A stretch of 64,000 nucleotides of DNA, counting the filler, from Hausera hauseri (taxonomy: Eukaryota), in NCBI GenBank assembly GCA_046269625.1. It is 11 parts of 11 records of this genome, joined end to end, with 100 filler letters (N's around TTAATTAATTAA, not from the genome) between each part and the next. Parts side by side here need not be neighbours in the genome. Positions count along the whole stretch, not along the records: positions 1 to 5,418 come from JBJURY010259067.1; positions 5,519 to 11,894 come from JBJURY010106542.1; positions 11,995 to 19,029 come from JBJURY010042333.1; 8 more parts are not named here. One strand, 5' to 3'. A program made the translations under genes and the position numbers. Each line of letters begins with the position of its first letter. The stretch's first letter is position 1. Below, one piece after another: positions 1 through 12,888 of the stretch. The notes beneath the pieces are model-generated. The model worked only from the letters and a program-made list of their open reading frames with translations. It had not been told where the DNA came from and searched no databases.

Positions 1-784
1 TATTGATTTCAAAATTACAATTCCCCGCTTCATGGTTGGACGATCCGTATTCAAACTAAACTATTCATATATTACTTCAAGCAATAATCATTTAACTAAG
101 ATCCCACCTTGTGATTCTTCCTAACGGCTGATGTCTCCGAGTCACCTTCACTGACACCTCAAGTTCGACTCAAGAATATCATACGATGATTCTGGACTAC
201 AAGACTTTTCCCCACAATGATGCTGGTTCTGCAGACGTCTTCGTTGGAAGGCTTTCTTCGGTGTAGGTTAACGATGAGCGTTGACTAGCAGCATTACGTA
301 CACTGTCTTTTGGGCTGCCGTGACCGAATGAAAACGTGCTCGTTCGGTTTACAACGATTGTGAAGACCTGCGCTCATTAACGTCTGGAATCTGGTGAGCC
401 ACAACCTTCGTTTAACGGTGTTGCTTGTGATTATGGACAGCTGTAGACTACTGGATCTGCATTGATGTTCTTAGGACAATCGGCGGCGGACCAATGTCGA
501 ACTGCTGCCGACTCTTGAATGCTGTCTCACTGACTACTGCTTCTCTTCTCTCTCTGACGTGTCATAGTAACGTTATTTCGTCACCATCTCCACAGCCGTA
601 CTTGGTGCTTCTTGGTGCGCGTTTTATAAGTTCCACCTACGTTTTACTGTCTTACACGGATCGTCCTCCGTGGTCGTGCCTTCTCTCGTTAAGGTAGATA
701 TATTCTTAATCCCCTTTACCATTTACTTTAAGATTTTAATATATTCTTGGAGGAACTTTATCCTAGCCCCCCCATGTTACTACA
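1..784 (-). mobile_element. Possible LTR / solo-LTR remnant
   Basis: Minus strand begins TGTAGTAAC at 784, has a TATA-like TTATAAAA near 625 and no coding frame; other end not in window. Confidence 0.25.
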
Positions 785-1399
785 GTGTCAGTGGCTTTCG
801 TGTCAACTATTTTGTCGACTGAAATGTGCAATATCACTGGGGCAGAACATGCTGTCCTACAAATTGCCAGAAGGCATGATGGACAGCAACTGCCTTTTAA
901 AGGTCTTCGCCCAGAGACTGATTGTCATATTCTGTACAATTGCCCGCCTTTTGATCATTTTATTTTGAAGCTCGTCCCCGTGCGACGTTGCTAGCTTGTG
1001 GCATGTAATAAAGATGTAAATATTTCGATAAATATGTCACTTATCATCATCAGGGGCCACACTCTGATGCATAGCCCATCATCTTCATTTCTTGCAATTC
1101 TTGGTGTCCCCAATTATTTCGGCTGTTGACCTACAATAAGTCTTTCAACTAAACCATCCAGACACTTCATCCATTACTTCTATTTCCTGGTATTTAGCCT
1201 GTTTCCAGACCTTGTCTTTTTTTAAAAAAAAAAAAAAAAAAGAGTCAAAATGTTACCCTCTCTTGAAAGACGTACCCCCAAACACTCTCTGCCAGACTAT
1301 CCTCGGTGGTGAATATGAACTTGGGCAGGGGGGAAAGATAATGTCCTTGTATAATAATAATGTCCCCATAATGGAACGAACTGTTAGTGCCTTCATTTT

Positions 1400-1570
1400 T
1401 CTAGGCTTCGGCTTTTGTGAGTAGGGACGCCACCACCTTTCATGTCGCATTTATTTCCCAGATTTTATCCTGGTACTCATTTCAGGCTGGGTGAACCTGA
1501 GGTTCGGGGGCCAAAATTGAACCCGTGCCACTAGACCCAACAGCCGAGTGCATTAACCATCAATGTTGCC
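1400..1570 (-). mobile_element. tRNA-derived SINE with Nin/Deu-like core
   Basis: Minus strand: A-box-like TGGTTAATGCACTCGG, B-box-like GGGTTCAA, then CACCCAGCCTGAAATGAGTACC core-like motif. Confidence 0.6.
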
Positions 1571-2599
1571 AATCATAAATGCTTGCCCCCTTCTGATCTT
1601 ACTGATGAGTATTCTTTCTGCATGTGCTTCATATAAAATATTTGTTTTTTTGTTGTTGTCCATGGGGTTTTCAACATTCTTGTGAAAAATCGTGTCTCTG
1701 TTACTTCAAAAGAATTTTCCAATTTTGTAGCCATACAGGAGTATGGGTTCGATATAACACTGCAATGACAGAGCAGTAAGATAGCTTAAATATTTTGGCT
1801 ATAATGAATCTAATGGATTGGAGAGACTGTAGGGGGTATGGTGCCAGGAAAAGGAAAGTTGGTGACTCCATTAACATTAAAAACAAGATATCACAGAGAA
1901 TTAATATGACAATCCAATAGGCTAGCCTGCTTTGCCAAGATCATTCTGCATTGATCAGCAGTTGTAGGGCGAGGATGCTGCCCTGTGACGGTGATATGAT
2001 TTTGATTGAAATCGTTCAGTTTGGATAACCAGTTGATGAGCCATTCACAAGTATTTGGTCAGGCCACAGAAATGCCAGCTGTCAGACCAGGTCTGCATTG
2101 CTCAGCTGTTTGATTGTGTCAGGATCTGGCAAGACAACCCTGTCCCTATGCATCTGTCATTGAAGGGCAAGGCTATTCTGAGCCACCCGAACCTCTGACA
2201 GGCATAATTGTTATTAGGATCACCTGCGGGCAGTTTGTCTACTCGATTTGGGGGGGGGAACGAGTAGAGTCCTGTCAGTTCCAAATGGGCCAGAATGTCC
2301 TTGCAACTACATTAAGAGTTACCTTGTTGACATACCTGGAAGATGCCAGCCCTTATAACAAATAATATTTTGAAAAGAAAAAAAGGAGGAAACATTGAAG
2401 AAGTTTTTCTTGATCTGTGTAAAAACTGGTGTGCTTCAAGTCACCAGTTTAAATGTTCGTGTTTGATGTGACATAATAATAGTATTTTATGAGCTGAAGT
2501 TATTTTCACTGTTGCATATTTTTATGTTTGTAACCAGTATTAAATATTACCTTAATATTTATTTTTTTTTTTTTTTAAATTACTTCCTTTTTAGCTCCT

Positions 2600-2970
2600 T
2601 GAGGAGCAAACATCTCAGCTTTGTATCATGGCAGGTTCTTTTTTCTTGAAGCAGTTATTCTGCTTAATTTCCGCTTTGATTCTCTTTTTCTCTTCAATAT
2701 GTATGTTATGGTGGACCCTTCATCCGTGTCCCCTGAGATTCTAGAACAAGGAATGAGCTGCGTACCACTAGTTCTGTGCTCACTTTTCTATATTCTGCCC
2801 TTTGTCAGTGTTGTCTTTTCACTTATTAGACAGATGTCTGGTGTCTTATTTTCTGTTTTACATAGACACCCACATATAAAAGTCTTCTGGCCAATGTATT
2901 AAAATGTTTGTAACCTCATTGTTTCTGAACCATACATTTAATACTAACTTGATATTTAATTTCAAAACTG
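2600..2970 (-). mobile_element. Degenerate RTE-like LINE 3' fragment
   Basis: Weak resemblance of the minus-strand translation to RTE ORF C-terminus; heavily decayed. Confidence 0.3.
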
Positions 2971-3599
2971 TCTCTTTTTGCATTAAAAACATTTTAAAAC
3001 ACAGAGTTTTATTATTAAACACAGTCAACTCATCATTCTTTTCATCATGATAACAGTTACTTTATTATTTATGACTTTTTCCCGTTTTTTAAAAAAAAAA
3101 AAAAAATTATGTTCCATCTGTTAAAAATAGTTTCCCAAATGTTTCTTTATTGTTTCTGTTGTATTCTTGTATGATTTCACTACGCCTGGATATTTGTGAA
3201 TTCCGGAATGCAAAAAATGTTTACTAATGGCATAATGTAACAGTAAAACAGCATCTGTTGTAATTATAAACATTTAGCTAATATAGATACTGTTTCTAGA
3301 AATAGGCTGTTCTTGGGTTGTCCAGTACCATTTCTATAATAAAGTACTATTTCTGCAATTTCATCTCTATTTTGTTTATAATTTTTGTCTGTCTGACTTT
3401 TATTTTGTGTACCCCAGATGAACTGCTGGTTGTGAATTGTACTCACAATTCACCAGAAAAACTTCCTATCCACATTTTTAAGGTGAACTTGTATTATGCA
3501 AAAGAGAGGAACAAATTAACAGCAATCAGTACTATTCACAAAGCTCCAGATATACATGGATCATAATCATGGCAGCAAACAGTACAATATGAAAATGAA

Positions 3600-4060
3600 A
3601 GATGCATATATGTTACATTTTTGACATCATTGCAAACAAGATAAATCCATAACTGTTTGCTGTCTGCAGGAGCACATATAATAGAGAATGTGCTGCCATG
3701 TTTTTAATGAAAGGTTTCCAGATTCAGTGGAGGGAGGAACATGAATTATACAACTACAGAGATGATGCAATGCATTCCCTGAAAGGAAAGGAGCAATGAG
3801 TCATCTTTATACTCAAAACTAGCCACAGCTGCTTAAGCCAACATATGTATCACCCGGTCATTGCCAGTAGCCCCCTGCATGTGTGTGTGTGCGGCACTGA
3901 TACCCAGATTCCATTTCACAATATTGCACACAGAACTGTCCTAACCTACTAGAACTCTGCCAAATGCTATGGCTCACAGACACAGAGTTTAGCAGGAAGT
4001 TGTTGGGGAGCCCCGGTGACTTGGGAAGGACAGTCTCATTCCTGTCTCAAACAAATCCAT
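3600..4060 (+). mobile_element. Degenerate non-LTR retrotransposon (I/Nimb/Ingi-like) ORF2 C-terminus
   Basis: EQxVIFILKTSHSCLSQHMY (cf. EQxxIFRLRTGH), CVCGTDTQ..H....CP knuckle, KLLGSPGDLGRTVSF. Confidence 0.6.
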
Positions 4061-4334
4061 GACCAAGTCTTTCAGAAGAAGCACACTAGATCAATAGCTA
4101 TGGCACATCGAAAATATCAAAAACAGTGCTGTCATGGCTTGTTTACTAAGCACCACACAGTTCAATGTATTTAAATAAATGTCACAATCTACAGTATAAG
4201 TAAAAGGTCCCCATTCACAACCTAAGGTGTAGAAGGGAATGTGGAGTTAGTGTACACATTTTCTCACTGACCAACGGCACGTAAATAGATACCAGTATGT
4301 GGACAGCAATGTGGACCATTGTTACTTCTCCAGA

Positions 4335-4465
4335 GAGCATCAGTACCCATTTTTTTTAAAGACTTGGTAGATTCTTGGAGTTAGTATCAGTCTAAAATCC
4401 TCAACTAGCAATTGAAACACGACCATGTGATCAGAAGCAAGTGCACTAACCACTATGCTGCTGCG
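4335..4465 (-). mobile_element. tRNA-derived SINE fragment
   Basis: Minus strand GCATAGTGGTTAGTGCACTTGCTTCTGATCACATGGTCGTGTTTCAA head and AAAATGGGTACTG core-like motif. Confidence 0.5.
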
Positions 4466-5418
4466 ATTCACACAAAAATAATGTTAAAAAAATGTATTTA
4501 AAAAAAATAAATGAAAACCAAACAGAATAATGAAATTAAAAAAAAAACAACAAAGTAACATGATAGAGAAAAGTGAGAAAGACTTATTTCGTTAATTGTA
4601 AAGTAGTTTAATACATTTTTATCTACAATTTCTACATGTGGAACACACTCAGCAATGGTGTAACAGAACTGTTATACCAGCAAGTTGTCCTTGGTTACAG
4701 GAGAGTAGAGTAAGAATATACAAATTATTTACAATACATACATGGCCTCTATTAGAGTCATAGGTAGGTGAGTTTTATTCTTTACTCCTTTTTCTATTGT
4801 ACTGAGCAAAATCCACTTTCTACTTCTATACTGGGGCAACTCAATCATTAAGCTCCTCTATGTAGGAGTTGTCTTTGACTATTGTTTTCCCTTTGAGATT
4901 AATTTGCCTGGAGGGCATGGTGCCAGGAAAAAGAAAGGTGATGGCAACATGGACACACTGTGTCCGCCTTCCACATTCTGCTTTTAATGTATTTTAAAAT
5001 TTAACTTAATCATGTTTATAATAATGTAGTATATACTACAGTAACTGAAGCATTATGAAACTGTGTCATACAAAGTGAATCTGGCAGGAGGATGGCTTGT
5101 GCAGAGACACTAGAAAATGACAACAAGCTAGAGGGTAAGAGGTGAGCACAACTAAACCTGACTTTATGATAATAATGTAGCTTAGTCTTAACTTAGAATT
5201 AGTCAGTAGTTGTCTCACACCCCCTAAACCAGCAACACTACTGTACTCACAGACTACAGCCCAGAAGTGGCACACTGGGGCATTTTTCATGGTTCTATGT
5301 TGTGACAAACAAAAAAAACAATGTATGCTCATTAAGCAGAGAAAATATTTAAGTAAACACTGAACTGTTAGTTGATGTACGCTTTAGTGAGATTCTAGGA
5401 CATTCCGAGCACATATTG

Positions 5419-5518
5419 NNNNNNNNNNNNNNNNNNNNNNNNNNNNNNNNNNNNNNNNNNNNTTAATTAATTAANNNNNNNNNNNNNNNNNNNNNNNNNN
5501 NNNNNNNNNNNNNNNNNN
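5419..5518. other. Artificial contig spacer N44-TTAATTAATTAA-N44 (also at 11895-11994, 19030-19129, 24294-24393, 31050-31149, 36720-36819, 44838-44937, 50630-50729, 54965-55064, 59703-59802)
   Basis: Identical 100-nt N-padded palindromic linker with stops in all six frames, seen ten times between unrelated sequences. Confidence 0.97.
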
Positions 5519-5531
5519 CGAGATAGAATCG

Positions 5532-6116
5532 ATGGTCAGGAGGAACACCATAGAAAGAGTAAAAGGAATCGAAGCGTTCAACACAAGTCAAGATGGTCGA
5601 TATATGTCGATAGAAGGTGGGAGATCGTACTTCACAAAAAGAGAACAGACTATGAAGAAAGAAAATGAGAATACGAATCCCGGTTTCAGGAAGTGTGATC
5701 GAGAAGTTAAGAAAGAGACGCAGTTTAGCCGCCCAAAAATACAACGCGAAGATCAATGTTGGAATTATGAGAATGATGGTCAATGTAAGTTTGGAAACAA
5801 TTGTAAATATTTACACGAACCTAACAAAAAAGATCAAAGAAGGGTGTGCTGGTTTTTTGCAAATGGTGAATGTAAGTATGGGAATAATTGTAAATTCATA
5901 CATGAAAAAACTGGTAATAAGAAATCGAATAAAAATGGCGAAAACAAGGAGGAATCAGAACGAGAAACTAAAATTTCAAGTGGACAAATGATGGGTGCAA
6001 CAACAGAAGAATCACTGTCAAGGATGTCGAAAAAAAAAGAAGGGAAGGAGGTACAAAATAAAGAAAAGGGTGTTAGAGTTTATGTGACCCAAGGTCTTCC
6101 AAAAGTGAGCGAATAG
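5532..6116 (+). CDS. BEL gag segment with two CCCH zinc fingers
   Basis: CWNYENDGQCKFGNNCKYLH (Cx8Cx5Cx3H) and CWFFANGECKYGNNCKFIH (Cx7Cx5Cx3H) just upstream of the protease region. Confidence 0.8.
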   Translation: MVRRNTIERVKGIEAFNTSQDGRYMSIEGGRSYFTKREQTMKKENENTNPGFRKCDREVKKETQFSRPKIQREDQCWNYENDGQCKFGNNCKYLHEPNKKDQRRVCWFFANGECKYGNNCKFIHEKTGNKKSNKNGENKEESERETKISSGQMMGATTEESLSRMSKKKEGKEVQNKEKGVRVYVTQGLPKVSE

Positions 6117-9100
6117 GAAGAAAGGATAGCTCTAAGAACGGTAGGAGTGTGATTAAAGAGTGGGAATAGGATGAAAAAGGCAATAATGTTGTTGGACAAT
6201 GCTAGTACCTAGAGCTTCGTCGATTCAAGACTGCGTGAGGAATTGGGTGTCGGTAAGAAGACGGAAAGGTTGACGATAACAGTCGTCGGAGGGAAACAGA
6301 CCAAGATATCCATCGATAGGGTAAAAATGGTGTTACTAAATATGGAACGGTCAATAGAAGTTAAATTCGAAGCGCTGGCTATGAGAAATCCAACAGGGCC
6401 AATGAGGGAAGTAGATTGGTTTACAGAAAGACAGAAATGGCCACACCTGAATGATTTAAAGTTTTCCAAAATGTCACCTAGGTCGGAAGTGGATGGGATC
6501 ATCGGGGCGAATTTTATAGAATTACATAGGTTGATCAAAGAGGTATACGGTAAAAGGGGGGGGGCGCCGGTAGCAAGATTAACCCCGCTAGGTTGGACCT
6601 GTGTAGGATAAGTAAAAAAGGGAAGGAAAGTCATAAATAGTAATTTTATGAGGACCTTTTGGACTAGGAAAGAAAAAATTCAAAACGACTTGAACCGATT
6701 ATGGGAGATAGAATTCAATATGGATGTGAAAGATCCTGAAATTATCGAACGAGACGATAAAACATTGAAGAGTATACTAGATGAAACGACTTACGCGGAA
6801 AATAGATACTGTGTGCCATTGCCGTGGAAGGAAAGGATACAACCAAAAATGGAAAATAATGAATGGATAGCACAAAAACGATTGAAAACATTAACGTGAA
6901 AGCTGGATAAAGATGAAACGGCAAAGGCAGCTTATGAAAATGTGATAGAAACGCATACTAAAGAAGGGTATATTTGAGTAATAGAGGAACGGGAAGAACA
7001 AGAGACAGCCTGGTTGTTACCACACTTCCCAGTCATGAAGGTCGATAGGGACACCACGAAATGTCGGGAAGTTTTCGACGCTGCTTCGAAATATCGAGGG
7101 AAGTGTCTGAACGATTTTCTGGATCCCGACCCGAAGTTAAAGTTGGATATTGTGGATATCATATTAAGGATGAGAAAAAGACCATGGGTGGTAGTATGTG
7201 ATATTCAAGAAATGTTCCTGCAGATCAAAATAAAACCAGAGGACAAAAAATATCTGAGGTTTTTGTGGTATAAGGATGGGAAACTCAAAACATACGAGTT
7301 CAATCGGTTGGTATTTGGGTCGAACTCCTCTCCTTTTCTGGCACAATTAGTATCAAGGCACAACGCCGAAAAATTCAAAAATAAATTTCCCAGAGCCATA
7401 GAGACAATATAGTATTCTACGTACATGGACGACTGTATCGATTCAGTCAGTACTGAGAAAGAAGCTGTTTCATTATATAGTGAACTACGTGAGATATGGA
7501 AAGAAGCTGGGATGAAACCACACAAGTGGGTATCAAATTCTGGTGAATTAATGAACATAATACCTGTCATGAGTCGAGCAAAGGAATTTAATATATCGGA
7601 AAAAACTGATACTGTTACCAAGACGTTGGGGATGAAATGAAAAATCGAAGACGATAGATTCGAGTTTGAAGACCGTAATAAACAAGAAACGGAGGTAACA
7701 AAGCGAACACTATTAAGTACGTTGGCAAAAGTGTTCGATCCACTAGATTTCCTCAGTTGTTTCACATTGTTAGGTAAAATGTTCTTGCAACAACTATGAA
7801 TAATGGGTGTAGACTGGGATGAAGAGATCACAAAGGAATTAAGTAAGAAAATTAAGAAATGGACAAAAGGCATGGAGAGTTGGAGTACAATAAAGGTACC
7901 AAGATATTTATATTTTCAAGAAGGCGATGGCAGTGTGATACACGTTTTTTGCGACGCCCCAAGATGGGGTTATGGGGCGATCGCTTATTTAAGATCGATA
8001 GTGGAAGGAAAAATTAAAGTAGTGATCATATGTTTAAAAGTTAAGGTAACGCCAGTAAAGTGTGTCGCCATACCAAGACTGGAATTGATGGCAACCTGTG
8101 TAGGCGTTAAGCTGGGGAGAAGGGTGAGAAATATCCTGTGCAATGAGACGGAAGACGTATAGTACTGGACGGATATCATGAATGTACTGTATTGGATCAA
8201 AGGCTGCAGTAAGTATTACAAAACGTTCGTAGATAATTGAGTAGGTTTTATACAAGAAGATACGACCGGTGATCAATGGAAATATGTAAAGTCGGAACAC
8301 AACCCAGCGGACTACCTTTCTAGAGGACTAGATATAGAGGAGCTACGAGAAAAAATAAAGTGGTGGAACGGTTAAGAATTTCTAAGAAAAACAGAAGACC
8401 AATGGCCGACTTAACCCAGAGAATTAACAAAACCGAAAGATGAGGAAAGCGGAAAGGATGTGTTCACACTGATGACTCTCGGAAACGATACAACAAAGGG
8501 AGAGCAACAGGGTCAGGATAATACGATTAACATTGAACAAAATGCAAAGTCCCGTTGGGAGGAGGTAATTAAACAAAAAAGTAAGGGAAATTACATTAAG
8601 AGATGAAACCAATAACTTAAATAAAGTACAGCTGAGAAAGAAGGCAAGGCTGGAAATAATAAAGGAGGATCAAAGGAAAGAGTTTCATGCGGAAATAAAA
8701 AGTTCATTATCTAAGGGAGAAATTAGTACTAAAAGTGTTACTGCCAAGATGAATTCCATTTTAGATGACGAAGGCATATTGAGATCTGGTAGCCAGTTGA
8801 TGACGACTTCTTGGTTAAATTGGGAACAAAAATACCCAATAATACTGTCACCGAAGAGCATCGTAACAAGACTGATTATTGAAGATATACATTTGAATCT
8901 GCGACACGCGGCGGGAGTCAACCACCAAGTTGCGGAGTTAAGTAATAGGTATTAGTTCCCCAGGATGAGGAAGCTAATTAAAGCTTACCAGAACTACTGT
9001 ATGGTTTGTAGAATGTCAAATGCAAAGGGGATGCGGATGAAAGGGGCACCATTACAAACGTTTAGGAACAACTACAGCTAAAAGCTTTCGATAAGGTCGG

Positions 9101-10020
9101 AATTGATTTTGCAGGACAGGTGAAAACACGATAAAGACGAGGTTTTATACATGAGAAAAAGTACATATGTGTAATCACGTGTTTGCTCTGTCGAGGGATG
9201 CACGTAGAAATGTTGATAGGATTGGATACAAATTCTTTCCTAAAGGTGCTCAAGCATTTTATAAGTCGGAGGGGGAGACCTTCGTTGATAATCTCCGACA
9301 ACGGAGGAGCAGTTATAGGAGCGAACAGAGAAATATGTGAATTTAAAATAGATACATATAGTCTTAAAATAGAATTGAAGGACACTGAAATAAGGTGGAT
9401 ATTCAAACCTCCTGCAACCCCTCATTTCGGGGGAGTCTATAAAGTAATGATCAAATCAGAAAAGAACGCGCTAAACAAATTACTTCCGGAAACCTCCCTG
9501 ACAGACAGAGCTGGAAACATTACTAATAAAAATAGAGGGAATAATGAATAGTCGGCCATTAACAACAGTCGTTGACAACAGTAAGAACGATGTCGTACTG
9601 ACTCCAAACAATTTTATAATAGCTGGACACAAGGGAGAAACCTCCTTGGAAATAACCGGAACGAGGAGCAGCATCTTGGCAGATAGGTGGAGATATATAA
9701 AAACTACTCAATGAATATTGGGATCGCTGGAGAAGTGAACTTCTATCCGAATGGCGAATTTATGACAGAATAAAAGGAGAAAAGATAGAATTAAAAATTG
9801 AAGATAAAGTGTGGCTATTAGAGAAAAATGAAAAGTTAAATCACTGTCCAGTCGCAGAAATAACGAAGGTTTTCCCAGGGACAGACAACGTTATAAGAGT
9901 GGTAGAGCTAAGACTGAACGGGGAAACTTATAAAAGACCAGTGGACAAGTTGTGCAAAATAAAAAATGAGTTGAATTGGATGGACACTGTGGAAGACGAA
10001 TCTGTGAGCCGGATTGCCCC

Positions 10021-10034
10021 AAGGAGGGGGGAAA
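10021..10034 (+). promoter_or_regulatory. Polypurine tract; 3' LTR probably starts with TG at 10035
   Basis: AAGGAGGGGGGAAA followed by TGCTGG right at the end of pol. Confidence 0.65.
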
Positions 10035-10499
10035 TGCTGGGACCCGATTGTTAGTTGGGGAATCCGGCAAAAGGGTCAATCATAAATCGAAACTATGGAA
10101 AATAAGAGAGTTCATGTGTGTATATAGATGTATTCGTGTATAGGTACGTGTAAATAGGTACGGCATGTTGACTATTTATGTATATTTGTACATAAGATTT
10201 ATGTTTAATATGTTAAATGTGTGTGAGCTAAGTTAAATAGAAAGAATGTCGGTTGAAAAATGTAAAATATGTGGAATGCGAGATGATGTGGGAATAATAA
10301 ATATAGCGCAACCCTTATCAGTGTCCTGGGAGAGGAGATGTTTACGTGGAATTAAGAAAGGGCGGATAGGATAGAAATGTGAAAAAATAAAATTGATTGT
10401 TAATTATAGAAAAAGAAAATAAGGAATTTAAGAAATTATGTATATTATATTATAATTAAATGATTATAGATTAAAGAAAATTTTGAAAATTTAAAATAG

Positions 10500-11730
10500 C
10501 AGAATGGTATATCTTCTATGTGATCTATCCAAAAGGGAGGCGGAAATGATGATTAGACGATTAAATATGGTAAACTTTATGTCGGAACGGGGCAAAATAC
10601 GTTGTGATATGTCAATCTTCGGTACTGACTGCAGAAATGAAGATAATGAGGCGAATTTGTACAAACAATACGATTAAATGAAATCAGTTGTCAAAACAGT
10701 TATATCGGAGATAGTCGTTGTAAATTCTCTCGTGCAATTAAAGCTTATGTTTATTTCTTCATCATTGGATCTAAATGAATTGACTATTGAAGTTTTATTC
10801 CAAGTTACAAAGAAACGAAATTCTATGGTCTCATTAAATGAAAACAGAGAGGAGGGAATATTTTGGTTTGTTGGATGTTGGAATCATATCATCACATATC
10901 ACTGTGTTATGGCTAACTACGTAAATGATCATCGAATCGACGACAAAAGAACGAAATAGTATACTCAAGCTCTTTATATACAAGAAGCTCGCCGGAATAT
11001 TTCCTCGGGGTTACAGTCGATGACTCGAGAAGACGTAAAGTCAAAGAATAACAGGAATATATACAAATCAAATCATGGTGTGATGAATGATAGTCACAGA
11101 CACCTCGATATGAAAAGATCGCGAATTACTTACAAGCTTTGGTTTTACTGGGGAGAAGTAAAGCTCCGGATGCTCGGGATACGTGACAGTGAGTGGAATT
11201 TTGACGATAGATGTGAATTCAATAATATTGCTATGATTCGTTCTTACATCTCCTTTCTTGGTTACGCTGATGTGGGTTGTATTGCGGGGAGGATTATTTG
11301 TATGATTGAAATGGGTACGGTAAATGGGTCGAAACATAACATAAAGACAGGTTGCTTGTTTAAAGTAGTGATAGGTGGTCAGTGGTTTAAGGCCTCCCTG
11401 GAAAGAATGATATCGATGGAAATAGGGAAGTTAGTTGAAATTGGAGGAATTTTAAAGGTGATTCATAAACTCATACAATAGGCCTGGCAAATTAAGTTGT
11501 ACGGAAAGTCAGTTGTGGTAATGTTAAAAGGAATACCACTTGGGGAAAAGACGTCCAACGAGTCAGTTCCGAGGATATTTGGGGTTGGATGAAAAATGGT
11601 AAAAAGGACCAGGATTTTAGATGTGGGAGGCAAAGGGATGGGCAAAATGTTTTGCTGTAAGTGTGGCGTGTGTAAAAATAAAAGAAAATTAGTGGCAAGT
11701 TTATGTATAAAATTTCCAGCTTGTGCATCT
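10500..11730 (-). pseudogene. Possible decayed antisense glycoprotein-like ORF
   Basis: Minus-strand open stretches with many NxS/T sequons (NIT, NHT, NTT, NHS, NET, NKT, NIS, NCT); no recognised family. Confidence 0.3.
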
Positions 11731-12444
11731 CTTAAAAGTCAGCGTACGAGCACAGCGTTGAAGTATTGCATGTGGGACATAGATATGTGAGTAGTTGGAA
11801 GGGAGGAGTTGGCACCAACCCCCCAGGGAAGGAAGGAAACCAATAGGAGGAGAACACGTCATCAAGGGGAAGGAAAACTGGCGAATGGGAAGAGNNNNNN
11901 NNNNNNNNNNNNNNNNNNNNNNNNNNNNNNNNNNNNNNTTAATTAATTAANNNNNNNNNNNNNNNNNNNNNNNNNNNNNNNNNNNNNNNNNNNNCTTCTA
12001 ATCGAATGGCCGAGCCTGCAGATATTTACAAAACTTAAATTATGTTGTCTAAATATTGAACTTAAATTATCTGATAATTAATATACTGGGTTTATGAAGC
12101 ATGTTACATTCACACTATGGTGCACAGACTATGAGACACATTGAATTGTATTTTTAGAGTATTTAGAGTTATTTCTCAATAAACTTCGGAGATTCCTTAA
12201 TTCGAATTTTGTCCCACATATTCTAACGACATCTATAAACTCTAAACTGAACAGAAGAAAATTGAGAAATAAAATTTTGATAATTCTGCGCAATTATTGA
12301 TGTGATATTTAAAATTTAGTAGTAGGTTCCAAAATTTAATCTATATAAATAAAAAGCAGGTTGTACATGTGTTTCCGACATTAATTTAATTGTTTAAATA
12401 ATTATCAATTTTAGGATATTTCAGGTTTCGTTTAAAAATTAACT

Positions 12445-12888
12445 ATGGCTAGAAGAAAGTACTCATCTGATTCATCCGACGAAGAATATCCTGGTAAAAA
12501 TGCGTCAACTAAGGGGATTTATCAAATTTCTAGAAACTAAAAGACGAATCGCACAGGAGGATGTTCAAGAAACAATAGAAACGCTTATTTATGAATTGGG
12601 TGATAAGGTAATTTTTTGTTTCCATCGGAATGTGAAAATTTTTTTAAATTACCATAGGATTTATACACACTTCCCGCCGATATTCAACTTGTTGCGTCCG
12701 TTATTAAGAAAGATTCCACTATGCTTCGAAAGGAAATCTTAGATATTTTAGTTAATTGGTAAGTAGATATTTATGTTTCTGAAATAATAAACTTTTGTTA
12801 CAGTTCGAAAAATATTCCGGAAAAATTAACGATTTTCGTAACATTAATAGGATTGGTGAATGCTAAAGATTATAGTTTAGGAGAAGAA
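12445..12888 (+). pseudogene. NCBP1: Nuclear cap-binding protein subunit 1 (CBP80), 5' fragment, 4 exons
   Basis: Spliced: MARRKYSSD..ETLIYELGDK..ILDILVNCSKNIPEKLTIFVTLIGLVNAKDYSLGEE (cf. [25 protein letters not shown]); GT-AG introns 12494-12533, 12608-12657, 12759-12803; no downstream exons recognised. Confidence 0.85.

Larger units (their letters stand above)
5519..10034 (+). mobile_element. BEL/Pao LTR retrotransposon, decayed gag-pol
   Basis: PR-like LLDNAS (~6190); RT CDIQEMFLQI and YMDDCIDS; RNaseH HVFCDA, IPRLELMA, NPADYLSRG; integrase HHCC, GIDFAG, ISDNG, PPATPHFGG; C-terminal FPGTDNVIRVV..RPVDKLC; many stops and frameshifts. Confidence 0.95.

Noticed and set aside
1500-1570. tRNA gene
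   Set aside because: Only degenerate A/B boxes attached to a SINE core; no full cloverleaf seen (same for 4400-4465)
5463-5474. Recurrent palindrome TTAATTAATTAA as a biological repeat or CRISPR-like element
   Set aside because: Always centred in exactly 44+44 Ns; it is an assembly concatenation linker
6209-9674. Minus-strand ORFs over BEL pol, and similar shadow ORFs over the Gypsy copies
   Set aside because: Antisense shadows of A-rich coding sequence with no motifs
5519-10034. Alternative genetic code or programmed readthrough explaining in-frame stops
   Set aside because: All three stop codons occur along with random frameshifts, and in the multi-copy Gypsy family positions differ between copies; ordinary pseudogene decay
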